From the NCBI GenBank assembly GCA_964016885.1, contig OZ024740.1:155930001-155994000 (forward strand): a stretch of 64,000 bases of DNA. Direction: 5' to 3'. This DNA comes from Eledone cirrhosa (lineage: Eukaryota). Numbering within the stretch: position 1 is the stretch's first letter; the number at the start of each line of letters is the position of its first letter. This document shows positions 15,675 to 28,225 of this stretch, one piece after another. The position numbers were made by a program, and so were the translations under genes. Under the pieces are notes generated by a model, which did not search any database, was not told the DNA's origin, and worked only from the letters and a program-made list of their open reading frames with translations.

Positions 15675-16373
15675 TTAGAAACTGATGTTTTTTTTACAAA
15701 ATGAAAAACAACCGAGGTGTCCTACACGAGTGAAAGTATAAAGAAAAAGAGATGAAATCGAAAATGCAACTGAAGTCTTATTTTTTTAAAAAATATATAT
15801 ATTTATTTGGTTCCTTTACCGGTTTCACAGTTCTTCTGCTTTTCAAAAGGTGAGTTGAGATGGAGGGTCTGTGGTTTTTCTCACATCTGGTTGGTCTCTA
15901 AATGTTACTTGTTTTATATGGAAAAAGTGACTCGAAAGTCAGGTTTTTCGAGAAGTAATTTGATTGGTTTGTCAATAATTATAATAAATTTCGCGCCAGT
16001 TCGCGTTACAATAGTTCTTTAAATAAGAGAGAGAGAGGGGGGGGGGGGGGTTGTCACAGGTTGTTTCTTCATATATGAGTGTTTGAATTTTTTTTTACTT
16101 GAAACAAGGAGGCTCACGAAGGCTTTTTTTTGGTTGGTTATAAATGAAATTTGGCTGTCACGTGAACAAGTTTTCATTACATTCTTGCGCCCTTATTTGG
16201 AAAACTATTCTGTAGTCTTTATAGTGAATGTTATGACAATGGAGAGATAGTGGTCAAGGGAAAAGGGATTGGGAGAAATGTTCTGGTTCAGTGAATATGG
16301 TCAGCTGTCAGAGTTCAGGTGTCAGAGTTCAGATTTTCTATTGAGACTGAAGATATGTGTTTATTTGTGTGCT

Positions 16374-16406
<33 letters not shown>

Positions 16407-16960
16407 ATTGGAAGATGATTCTATTAGTAGAGATGGGGGAGGGAGTTGTGTGTGTGTGTATATGGGTGTTATGTGTGTGTGTGCGAGTATGTTAAGATGG
16501 AGAGAATATATATTTTGTGTGTGTGTATATATATATGTGTGTAGGAAAGTGGTTCTATTAGTAGAAATGGGAGGGAGTTGTAGGTGTGGGAGTTGTTATG
16601 TGTGTGTATGGGTGTTATGTGTGTGGGAGTATGGTTAGCATGTTAAGATGAAGAGAATATATATATATATATTGTGTGTGTGTGTATGTGTGTGTGTAGG
16701 AAAGTGATTCCTTTAGTAGGAAGATGATTCTATTAGTAGAGATGGGGGAGGGAGTTGTGTGTGTGTGTATATGGGTGTTATGTGTGTGTGTGCGAGTATG
16801 TTAAGATGGAGAGAATATATATTTTGTGTGTGTGTATATATATGTGTAGGAAAGTGGTTCTATTAGTAGAAATGGGGAGGGAGTTGTAGGTGTGGGGGTT
16901 ATTATGTGTGTGTATGGGTGTTATGTGTGTGGGAGTATGGTTTGCATGTTAAGATGAAGA

Positions 16961-17005
<45 letters not shown>

Positions 17006-18925
17006 GTGTGTGTGTATGTGTGTGTGTAGGAAAGTGATTCCTTTAGTAGGAATATTTTTGAATGAACATATTTTCCTGACTTTTTCGTGTTTGCTGTTGT
17101 ATTGCCAGTGCAAACGTATGTTAAGGTTTATTTAGTTCGGGTTTTAATTTTCTAAAGTAGAAGGTGTTATGTGTGTGTGTGTATGTCATATTGTGGTGTT
17201 GACATAATGTATATTAAACTTTATTTAATGTTGGTCTATATTTTTGAATAAACATATTTTCCTTATTTATTCGTATTTGTTCTGTTGTATTGTTAGCGCA
17301 AAGGTAAAATGGGAAGACTTGGAATTTGGGTGTCTTATTACTTGCGCAAATGTCTAGATGTGCACTTAGTGGTATCTGTCTCGTGGTTGGATCTCGTAAT
17401 TGTTGGCGATGAACTGTCATTCTGTTTCTGAGTGTGAGTTTAGTTTGTCCTATATAATCTTCATTGCATCCTTTACATTTAATGGCATAAAGTAGATTTT
17501 TTGATGAGCAAGTGAAGTGATTTTTTACAGTAAAATTTTGTCCTGATTTAAATGTATACGTGTTGCCTTCAATGAGGTGAGTGCAGGTTCCACAATTAGA
17601 GCGACCACATTTTTTGATACTTGGTTGTGGGTTTGTGGTAGGTAATTTGGCATTGGTGAGTAATGTTTTCAGTGATTTTGGTTGTCTTTTGCTTTTGATT
17701 ATTTTGTGTGTTTCAAGGGCTTTTTTCATTCTTGTGTTTTGTTTTAGTAGTGGGATGTTATTGTGAATAGTGTTGTAAGCTTCCGCATTTCTTGGGTTGT
17801 GTGTTGAGATATATGATAGAATATTGGACGTACCTTGAATTTGTTTCTGTTTCCGTAATTCATCAATGCCTATTGCTTTAGCCCTTTCTATTCCATTATT
17901 TATTAGTAATAGTGGGTACTCTCTCTCAAGTAGAATTTCCTTTAATTCTTGAAGTCTTTTATTTCGCGTTTCATAATTGGAGACAATTGTGCAAATTCTT
18001 CTTGCTAGGTTAAAAGGAATGTTCGTCTTCGTGTGCTTTGGATGGTTGGAGGTGAATAGCAGATATTGTTTGGAATCTGTTGTTTGTAGTGTATGTCAGT
18101 TTTGGCTGTATTCCATTGTGAATTGGATGTGGTTATTGATGCCGTTTATTAAGTTTTTGAAATCCTTCAGTTGGTCGAGTGTGTGGGACCAAAGAATGAG
18201 GCAATCATCCAAGTAGCGTTTCCAATTCTCTGATAAATATTTGTGGAAGTTCAATCCGTATTTTGATTTGGACTGTTCATATATCTGGACTTCTAAGTAT
18301 GCCATGACTAAGTTGGCATAAGTTGGAGCGGCTTTTGTGCCCATCGCAGTCCCCGATATTTGCTTGTAAGTATTGCCATCGAAATCAAAAAAGTTGTTCT
18401 GTAGGATGAATTTTAATCCCTCGGTAATGAAGCTTTTTTCTATTCTGTCAGGTATCTCATTGGGATATTTCTCTAGCCAGAATCCTATTGCTTCTAGTCC
18501 GTATTGGTGTGGGATCGTTGTGTAGAGATTCACTACATCGAAAGACACAATAATAGTGTCGTTGTTGACATGTTTGGGGAGGTGGTTTAAGAGGTCCAGA
18601 TCGTCTCTTACAAGGCTTGGTATGTGTTTCAGTATTGGTTTCAGTAGTATGTCTATAAAGTTGCTCAATCTGTGTGTTTCACATTGTGGGCCCGCTACAA
18701 TTGGTCTTAATTTAAGGTCTGTGGGGTATTGTGTGTTCACGCAGGCTGAGGTGGATTGTTTACAGACCAACCAGATGTGAGAAAAACCACAGACCCTCCA
18801 TCTCAACTCACCTTTTGAAAAGCAGAAGAACTGCGAAACCGGTAAAGGAACCAAATAAATATATATATTTTTAAAAAAAATAAGACTTCAGTTGCATTTT
18901 CGATTTCATCTCTTTTTCTTTATAT
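15675..18925 (-). mobile_element. PLE-B (Neptune-like) 5'-truncated copy with inverted pLTR piece at the 5' end
   Basis: RT: LRPIV, SFDVVNLYTTI, GTAMG, RYLDD (18096-18760). Cys-rich linker and LLY..YIGQT EN (17214-17729). 15740-15895 is inverted relative to 18765-18925. Confidence 0.92.
18811..18848 (+). ncRNA. Variant-core (U3-A8) minimal hammerhead of PLE-B; other copies at 15813-15850(-), 60368-60403(-), 61172-61207(+)
   Basis: CCTT-TTGAAAA-GCAG AAGAA CTGC-GAAA-CCGG-TA-AAGG. Confidence 0.8.
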
Positions 18926-18948
18926 ATATTTATATATATATTTATATA

Positions 18949-18998
<50 letters not shown>

Positions 18999-19015
18999 AA
19001 TATATATATATATAA

Positions 19016-19100
<85 letters not shown>

Positions 19101-19101
19101 A

Positions 19102-19132
<31 letters not shown>

Positions 19133-19204
19133 TATATATATATACTTATATATATATATATATTTATATATATATACTTATATATATATATATATTTATA
19201 TATA

Positions 19205-19290
<86 letters not shown>

Positions 19291-19480
19291 TATATTTATA
19301 TATATATTTATATATATATATATTTATATATATATTTATATATATTTATATATTTAATACATTAACAGAGAAAGTTTTATATATTTATATATATATTTAT
19401 ATATATATATATATATAAATATATATATATTTATATATATAAATATATATATATATATATTTATATATATACATATATAT

Positions 19481-19681
19481 ATAGGAACCAGTAAGACCCC
19501 GACAGCTGACCTCAAGCCGTTTCGACGGCTAATTCTGGAATAGTCCAGAATTAGCCGTCGAAACGGCTTGAGCTCAGCTGTCGGGGTCTTACTGGTTCCT
19601 ATTACCCACTCTACTACCTCAAGTATTGAGTACTTTGGTGCGTTATGGTCCACCTGGTTCCTTACCACATTTCCTTCGTTA
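19481..19681 (+). mobile_element. Family D short fold-back insertion
   Basis: ~58-bp inverted arms plus an 80-bp tail ending TTCCTTCGTTA in (TA)n. Confidence 0.8.
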
Positions 19682-19729
19682 CATATATATATATATATTT
19701 ATAGATATACATATATATATATATATATT

Positions 19730-19771
<42 letters not shown>

Positions 19772-19963
19772 CATATATATATTTATATATATATACATAT
19801 ATATATAAATTTATATATTTATATATATATACATATATATATAAATTTATATATTTATATATATACATATATATATATATATATTTATATATATATTTAT
19901 ATATATATATATATATTTATATATATTTATATTTATATATATATATTTATATATATTTATATT

Positions 19964-19996
<33 letters not shown>

Positions 19997-20017
19997 TTAT
20001 ATTTATATATATTTATA

Positions 20018-20055
<38 letters not shown>

Positions 20056-20056
20056 C

Positions 20057-20098
<42 letters not shown>

Positions 20099-20104
20099 TA
20101 TATT

Positions 20105-20134
<30 letters not shown>

Positions 20135-20135
<1 letters not shown>

Positions 20136-20617
20136 CATCATCATCATCATCAACGTTTAACGTCCGTGTTCCACGCTTGCATGGGTTTGGACGGGGGTAG
20201 TCCCACTTGAGGCAAGAGTGATTGTCTTGCTCGCATAGGACTGTCTGGCAGGTTTTCTACAGTTGGATGCCCTTCCTAACACCAACCACATTTACAGTGT
20301 GGGTCTGGGAGGTTTTTACCGTGTTGCCTACACGGCCACATTACAGCGTGGACTGTGCGTTTTTTGTCGTGACACCTACACGATCTCATTTGTTTCGGCC
20401 TGGATGGCGCGGCACCAACATAACTTTACATAGAATGGGGTGGTGTGGATGGGGTGGGGGGTGGGTGGGTGGGGGTGTATTTTGTTAGAGATGCCTACTG
20501 GCTGTAGTAGGTTTTACTATGTATTTAGGTAAGGCGGGTCTTCTCTGTTACTGAGTACCGCCAAAGGTCTCGGTCCAGTGACATTGTCTTGGAGAGGTGT
20601 AAGTGTGTGAGGTCGGA

Positions 20618-20671
<54 letters not shown>

Positions 20672-20830
20672 TTATATATATATATTTATTTATATATATA
20701 TATATCATCATCATCATCATCATCACCGTTTTACGTCCGTACGTCCCTTCTTCCACGCTAGCATGGGTTAGACGGGTTGTCCTGTTGTGGGCAGTGTCTG
20801 GTCGGCTGACCATGCCTTGCTCATACAGGA
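20135..20830. mobile_element. (CAT)n-tailed SINE/LINE-tail fragments (also 22372-22745)
   Basis: Repeated catcatcaYcgtttaacgtccg...ttccacgct motif at 20135, 20705 and 22372. Confidence 0.55.
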
Positions 20831-20854
20831 ACATTTATATATATATATATAAAT

Positions 20855-20966
<112 letters not shown>

Positions 20967-20976
20967 TTAAATATAC

Positions 20977-21013
<37 letters not shown>

Positions 21014-21087
21014 TATATATTTATATATATATATATTTATATGTATATTTAAATATATATTTATATATATATTTATATATATATTTA

Positions 21088-21283
21088 TAACGAAGGAAAT
21101 GTGGTAAGGAACCAGGAGGACCATAACGCACCAAAGTACTCAATACTTAGGGTAGTAGAGTGGGTAATAGGAACAAGTAAGACCCCGACGGCTGAGCTCA
21201 AGCCGTTTCGACGGCTAATTCTGGACATGTCCAGAATTAGCCGTCGAAACGGCTGGAGCTCAACCGTCGGGGTCTTACTTGTT

Positions 21284-21288
<5 letters not shown>
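21088..21288 (-). mobile_element. Family D short fold-back insertion
   Basis: Reverse complement of the structure at 19481. Confidence 0.8.
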
Positions 21289-21354
<66 letters not shown>

Positions 21355-21356
<2 letters not shown>

Positions 21357-21541
21357 GTAAGGATGTATGTATACGTAAATACGTATATGTATACAGACGT
21401 ACAGTAGCATGTATATATATATATATATATACATACAGGCACACATGTATATATATGTACGTATCAGTTTACAAACGAACAAAGCGAACATTATAATAAA
21501 TGTTCGGTAAACTGATACGTACATATATATATGTGTCCCTG

Positions 21542-21584
<43 letters not shown>

Positions 21585-21695
21585 CATGCCACTGTACGTC
21601 TGTATACATATATGTATGTACGTATACATACATATTTACATTTAAGTAAGTGCCGTACTAAGAGTGAGAAATGAAATTTCGTTTCATTCTATTCC

Positions 21696-21700
<5 letters not shown>
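21355..21700. mobile_element. Family E fold-back fragment (no ribozyme)
   Basis: Homologous to 7035-7263, in inverted plus direct arrangement. Confidence 0.7.
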
Positions 21701-21737
<37 letters not shown>

Positions 21738-21739
<2 letters not shown>

Positions 21740-22358
21740 CGAAGGAAATGTGGTAAGGAACCAGGTGGACCATAACGCACCAAAGTACTCAATACTTAGG
21801 GTAGTAGAGTGGAATAGGAACAAGTAAGACCCCGACGGCTGAGCTCAAGCCGTTTCGACGGCTAATTCTGGACTGAATGAAAATTTATTCTGGTATTTAA
21901 ATAGCCGAGCTTATCACGGGGTAATTCCATATATGGTCAAAGAGATAATCACCAGGATTGGTCACATCAAAAGTTAGTAGTAAATCTGTGATGGCAAATT
22001 GGTGGGGGAAGGGGTAGCTAAACCTGCCGGTAGGAGAAAAAGGGAGAGGGTGGAGTAGACCCATTCATGCGTTGGTAGTGCCGGCTACAGCTGGGCGTGA
22101 GGTCAAAGAGAATACCGGAGAGTGGGAGGGGGAGGAAGTCGAAACGGTAAGTAGAACAATAAAGGGTAAAACTATAAAAAGTACTGAGAATGAAAAAAAA
22201 AATGATGTGATCAATCCTGGTGATTATCTCTTTGACCATATATGGAATTACCCCTTGATAAGCTCGGCTATTTAAATACCAGAATAAATTTTCATTCAGT
22301 CCAGAATTAGCCGTCGAAACGGCTTGAGTTCAGCCGTTGGGGTCTTACTTGTTCCTAT
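21738..22358. mobile_element. Family D long copy with inverted arms, each containing a hammerhead-like motif
   Basis: 21815-21970 is inverted relative to 22203-22358. Confidence 0.8.
22250..22343 (+). ncRNA. Variant-core hammerhead (family D); mirror at 21829-21922(-)
   Basis: ACCCC-TTGATAA-GCTCGGCTA..TAGCCGTC-GAAA-CGGCT TGAGTTC AGCCG-TT-GGGGT. The mirror copy has a GTC cleavage triplet but a GTGATAA core. Confidence 0.65.
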
Positions 22359-22749
22359 ATATATATATTTATCATCCGCGTTTAACGTCTATTTTCCATG
22401 CTTGTATGGGTTAGATAGACTGTCACGTTCTGTGACTTAACTGGCTAGGTGACCACGTATATCACATACGTTCTATTTATGGAATGGTTTCAACAGCTGG
22501 ATACCTTATCTAATGTCAACGACGTTAGAGACTCTACGAGAGTATTTCATTGTATAGACAGAATGTTTTTTTTTATTGTTGTATCAGCATTAACATCGTA
22601 CAAGGGGAACTGCGTGCTTTTCGTGATGACACCAGCACTACCCTTTTAGAATGTTGACTAGCAACATTTTAATGTAGCACCAACGCTACCCTTTATCGTG
22701 TATATTTTGCCGTGGCATCACTACTACCCATTATAACATCATCATCATA

Positions 22750-22855
22750 GGCGCTGAGCTGACCAGCCACAGGTGTAGTCTCGCGAGATGGAATGGCTCT
22801 TCCAGCGCATCTCCCTTACCATACTCCGGGGAAACGCTTTCTCCATTCTATCCCC
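22750..22855 (+). pseudogene. C-terminal relic of an RLE-type non-LTR retrotransposon
   Basis: EWLFQRISLTILRGNA motif. Confidence 0.6.
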
Positions 22856-23417
22856 CAGGGCTGTGGTGTGGTCAGCACGTGGGACTCCATTTGCTCACTT
22901 TACCGAGAGATGGGGAGGGCGAGAGAGAGAGGGGGGGGGGGGGGAGATAACGGTGGGAATTCGGCTCTTCCGTGTTTGGACACATTGCATCTGTCATGTA
23001 GAGCATGTGAAAATTTCATTTTCCATATTTTGTTCTATGTGAAAAAACACACCTACCAACATTATGTTGCTAGCTGTGTCCTCGGCCTGGCTGGGATGGC
23101 AACGATGGGAGTGGGGAAATGCAGTTTGTAAGATGAGAGTCAGGACACACACACACGAGAGTAAGAGAGAAAACCGGAGGGAGGATAAGAAAGAGAGTGA
23201 GATAGAGGAAAAAGGAAAAGATCAGAGAGTGTGCGGGCGTGTGTGTATATGTGTGTAAGAGATAAAGGAGTGGAGAAAGAGAGTAGGTGAGATATAATGT
23301 ATGAGAGAAAGAATAAATGAAAGAAAGAAAGGAAAAAGGAAAGGAAAACCAAATTTTAAAAAAGGAAACAGAGAAAGAAAAGAAGAAAAAAAGAAAGGAA
23401 AAGAGAAAGATAATTAC

Positions 23418-23484
23418 CACGATGATTGCTATAACAGGTCCGATAAAAGCCCATATTAATCCATTCTCCCTCGAGATCCAACAA
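23418..23484 (-). CDS. Adhesion GPCR exon, ECL2/TM5 (CWISRENGLIWAFIGPVIAIIV)
   Basis: tttcAG/GTAAT borders, 67 bp, phase 2/0. CW...W-F-GP motif. TM6-7 exons were not found in the window. Confidence 0.93.
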
Positions 23485-23879
23485 CTGAAATAAAATAACG
23501 ATTTCTACTTTAGACAAAAGTCAGTAATTTTTGTGGGAGAGGGGAAAAGTCGATGACATAGACCCCAGACGGGTACTATATTTTTCGTCTCCAGATGGCT
23601 GAATGGCAATTTTATTCTCGGCGAGATTTGAACTCAGAGCGTAAAGAGCCGGAACACATATCGTAAAGCATATTGCTCATGATCCTGCTACTTTACTGCT
23701 CTCACTGACATAAAATAATGATATGTAAAGCAAACATAAAACTGGACCCCAGAAATTGAGCAGTCTCTGGCCGACTGGACAGGTGAAGTCCTCCCCGTTC
23801 CCCTAGTATACAACTGAGACGACAGGTCTTCCTTCAGGTGGATCGAGTCTTGCTTGGATCAACACCGGCTCGCCTACCT

Positions 23880-24180
23880 CCGTTCCGCTTCGCAGCCAAA
23901 CAGCGGTGCGCGGCTCAATTCATAAACCGGTACCCTTCTTGATGATGAGTGCACTCGCATCGGAGTGGCCCAACGCCCTGGCCTCCACATATGTGAGCCA
24001 CACAAATGCCGCAAACCCCGATACTGTGGCCCGCAATGCAGAGGACATGAAGACTACCAAATACCGGAGCTTGTTTGGACGCTTCCTCTTTGCATCGGTC
24101 GTCGTCGAGACCCCAGGCGTCCTCGGACCCCGTACTGCTGAGCTCCTCAGTAAAATCAGATCGGCAACACCCACCTGAGG
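23880..24180 (+). pseudogene. RLE endonuclease relic (CRE/NeSL-like non-LTR)
   Basis: A..AE..K..KY..L...F.F....VET.G..GP pattern. Confidence 0.6.
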
Positions 24181-24611
24181 AGGGAACCCTATGAAATGAG
24201 GTGGCTGTTGCAAACACCCCATCCCTGGAATAGAGCACATCACCCCCACCCCTCCCTATGGCTAGTTATATTTGCATGATGTACATTCACTGGTGTCAAA
24301 TAGAGACCAAAACATGGCCATAATAGTCCCTTTTCTGCAAATTAAGATCCGATTCTATTCTATAAATATGTTCTTAGTTTATTTTTCAAATTATCTGCCC
24401 TCTTCATTGGAAGTCGCAAATAATTGCTGCTAGTTTTTATTTTATTTATTTCATCAATAAAAAAAGAGAAATTGCTTGCTTATGTTATTTAGTACACCAC
24501 TCTTTACCCTACTTATTCTGAAGGTGGTTCTTTTTGTAATTTTCAATGAAAGAGCTGCCAAAATCATGAGACAAATCCAATGTAATATATGACTGAAATA
24601 TTTATACTTAC

Positions 24612-24681
24612 AATTGGTCATTACTAAAACCTTCAAGACGTGTTACCCCTAAGCAAATTGCGACAATAACTGCTGGAGCAA
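24612..24681 (-). CDS. Adhesion GPCR exon, TM4/ECL2 (VAPAVIVAICLGVTRLEGFSNDQF)
   Basis: ttttAG/GTAAG borders, 70 bp, phase 1/2 matching both neighbours. Confidence 0.9.
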
Positions 24682-24821
24682 CTAAAATTAAATAAACATA
24701 GTGAAATATGATTAACTTGCTTCTCGACAATTCAATGATTATTTCATAAAAATCTCTTCTTGTATAGAGCAACATCTAAATATGTGTTGATTGGGTAGTT
24801 TTACTTTTTTTCAGTTACTAA

Positions 24822-25142
24822 TATGGCTTAGTGGTTAGAGCGTTGGGATTGCAATCGTGAGGCTGTGAGTTCGATTCTCAGACCGAGTTTTGCCTTGTAT
24901 TCTTGAGCAAAACACTTTATTTCACGTTGCTCCAGTTCACTCAGCTGTAGAAATAAGTTGCGACGTTACTGGTACCAAGTTGTCTCGGCCATTGGCTTTC
25001 CCTTAGACAACATCAGTGGCATGGAGAAGGGAGAATGGTATGCATGGGCGACTGCTGGTCTTTCTCAAACAACCTTGCCCGGACTTGTGCCTCGGAGGGG
25101 AAATTTCTAGGTGCATGGTCATTCATGACCGAAGGGGGTCTT
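24822..25142 (+). mobile_element. tRNA-derived SINE (CORE-like segment)
   Basis: A box TGGCTTAGTGG, B box GAGTTCGATTC, then TTCTTGAGCAAAACACTT. Confidence 0.65.
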
Positions 25143-25700
25143 TACATAATATGACTTCTTCATAGATGAAAACACTAAGCAGATTTCTACAGCCAATGAT
25201 GAAACATCAGTATTCAGATTTCTCAACGTCTTACAAACTTATGCAAATTTGCGAAATCTACAAAATAATTTTGCCAGCGCATTAAAACCACAATTTTCCA
25301 GTTTTATTTGCTACATTGCATGCCACTACTGTCATACCAGTGATGGACATAGGTTTGGCGAACGAAGTGTATGGAAATGCTGTATGTATGATTTATGCTC
25401 TGATCTCAGAAATGATAAAGGGATTCATCAGGGAAGAGCGAAATGAACCCGACGTGTCTTGGGTATTTTAAACCTGATGGAACTTATACCGACCACAATG
25501 TACTTCCTCAGTGAAGGCAGATAGAGAATCAACTCTAGTATTGGAATTGTACTTTATTTATCAATCCTGAAAAGATGAAAAAAAAAGGTTCTCTGCAAAA
25601 TTTGAACGCGGGTAGCCAGAACGAACACCGCAAAGTATTTTATTTGTCCCCTAAAGATCTGCCATAAAGAAGGCGTATATAATTAGGTCGATCAACTTAC

Positions 25701-25854
25701 CCCAGCAAAGTGCAACCAACCATGGTAAACGTTGGAAATCGGAAGTAAATACAACTGTGAGTGCAATAGATATATCTATACCTTCTGCGAGCATACAAAA
25801 GAAAGCTGCTAGTAGGAAATATAGCAAGAGTATAGATACTGCTTTACATTCACT
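25701..25854 (-). CDS. Adhesion GPCR exon, TM3 to start of TM4 (SECKAVSILLLYFLLAAFFCMLAEGI...WLVALCW)
   Basis: AG/GTAAG borders, 154 bp, phase 0/1. C...YF-LAAFF-ML-EG motif. Confidence 0.94.
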
Positions 25855-26319
25855 CTGAAATATAAAAAAAATAAGCATATTGTATGCAGGGATATTGATA
25901 GAAATATAAGAATTATATTTTATTGCGCACTTTGCTGCTTAGTCAGTGAGGAAAGAGCCGTGCTATGGCTAATCAGGGCATCTGAGACAAGTGGGAGACA
26001 GTGGAGGGATTTACGAAGGAATCCCCAAACTGGAGAATAGTTGCAACAGAGTAGACGCTACTAGAAGCACTAAAATGCCTAATGGTTGTATTAAACCGGT
26101 CGACAAATTAAGTTAACCATCCAAGTAGGCAACAAGAGAATTCGAACTAAAAACATAAATAACTTTAACAAATATGACAAGGCATACCCTCCTTTCTGGG
26201 ATGGGTATTTTACTTTATCAAACCAGAAAAAAGGAAAGTTAAAATTGATTTCGGTGGGGTTTGAACTCAGAACGAAGAGACCTGGAACAAATACGACAAG
26301 AGATTTTGTCTGAGAATTC

Positions 26320-27900
26320 GCATGTGTGTCAGTCAGGAAGACTATACGCCGTCTCGAGAGCTGCTAAAAATGTAACTTTTAAAAGAATGGAAAATACTCG
26401 GCGCAGAGAGTTTTTGGTAGCAAATGGACCATCCAGACGGGGAGATCTGCACCTCGTACAACCACTCAGGGTTACCTGTATTTCTGCTGGTCTTATCAGA
26501 TTTTGGCAGCACTCTTCATCTTTTGCTGAGAATCGCAATAGGCCGTCGAGGAGGAAGTAAAATATACTACCATCTCTGTCCCTCTGCTCGTCCCGCACAG
26601 TTGTACAATGTGCTGCTGGACAGACACATACATGTTTGGAATCGAATAACACGCGCGCATTCTGGTCCGTCAAAGACCGAATTGTGGCTTTGTTGCTACA
26701 CTGCTCTATCGAACGGCGTTCCTTCTCTCGTATCTCCGAGCACGTGTCTTAGAGCACATGTCTTAGCTCTGATAATGTAACCTTCATGCCTGACATTCAA
26801 GAAATGTTCTGCAACCATTCTTGCACCAGGCACGTCGGTTCTTCTTCTTCTTCTTCTCCGCCCACTTATTCTTGGAAGGATCGTGCGGAAACTCCTCAAA
26901 CAAGCCTTCCAGGGGGTTTTATCACAAGCAACCTTCTCCAATTGATCCGCCAGGATCTCCAAGTGAGATCAACTAAGCCCGCCAATGTTTCTAATTTGTA
27001 TAGTAGTAGCTCAAGAGTCAATACACAATAGGGACGAGAGGCGGACCGATGTTGAACTGTTTCAAGAGGTAACTGTTTACCTTGGCCACAGAGAAGATGT
27101 CGCTGTGCATTGCTGCGATCTAGCATCTGAAAACGGTTCTGAATCCGGCTGCCTTGAGGACTGTCGCCAGGTATAGATAACCGACTCTATCGAAAGCTTT
27201 CAATTGATCTAAGTTGATGAGGGCCCCACACATACCAGGTTCCCTAGCCACCCTCTTTATGAAGTATCGCATGAAGTGGTGGTTGTCGTGGAGGGATTTG
27301 TTCAGGACGGCACATGTTTGCGCCATCTCTACTAAACCACCAATAACAAGAACTAACCTCGCCGCTAACACCTTCGCCAAAATATTAAGTTCTGAATTTC
27401 GCCTAAAATTATCAATATAGTCACCCTTGTTCTGTTCTCTTCTCAGCAGCACCACCGCTCTTCGGTTCACAGAACTGGAATTCTCCAGTTTCAAGAGGTC
27501 ACCGAACAAGTCTGGCTCGTAAGCGTAAACTTTGTTGGGCAGTCCATCGAAAACCAGGCTACCCACCCGAAGTCGGTTTTTGACAACATTCCGCCTCTGT
27601 GGCCAAGGCCACGGCAGGCTGTCGAGGTAGGAGCTTAAATCCATCGTTCCAAAACATTTGAGCGAAGTGTAACTGAAAAGCGACACACATCTGCTTAGGA
27701 TCGACTACACATCCGGATGTTCCCAGACATTTAGGCCTGGTGAAATACCCGGTATCCTCAGCCCGACAGTTCTTCTTGAGAAGTTCGTCGTATATAGGAC
27801 ACACCCCACATCGAATGTTTTAATGCGAAGTCCTCCATTTTCAAGAGGACATCGACGCTGGCAAACTCTCTTGCTCATTTTTTGTGGGCCACATCTGCCA
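26320..27900 (-). pseudogene. Degenerate L1/Tx1-like LINE reverse transcriptase
   Basis: LINLDQLKAFDRV, 'NSELNILAKVLAARL' and HPLKxGGL-like segments, with many lesions. Confidence 0.7.
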
Positions 27901-28049
27901 TTAGGTCCTTTAGATCCTTCTCCACTTGAATAAATGCGACTGGTTTTTGGGACCCTTCTGACACTATTTCGGATGGCACTATTATTGTTGCCTTCCCGCT
28001 TTCTAATTTAATGAGCTTTTTGCATTGAATCAATTCAGTCTTTATTTCC

Positions 28050-28225
28050 CAGTGCAGTATCGGTAGAGGGTCGGACGCCATGCTATGCAGCAAAGAGTTA
28101 CGGCCCTTTATGGTCTGAGTTCAAATCCCGCCGAGGTTAACTTTGCCTTTCATCCTTACGAGGTCGATAAAATAAAGTACCAGTCATACATTGGGATAAT
28201 TGCTGGCCTTGTGCCAAAAGTAGAA
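28050..28225 (+). mobile_element. Deu/Nin-like tRNA-SINE; further copies at 23500-23700, 29285-29480, 47800-47875, 62332-62430, 63377-63565, 63605-63792 (minus)
   Basis: Same B-box and central domain as the 1730-2665 cluster. Confidence 0.75.
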
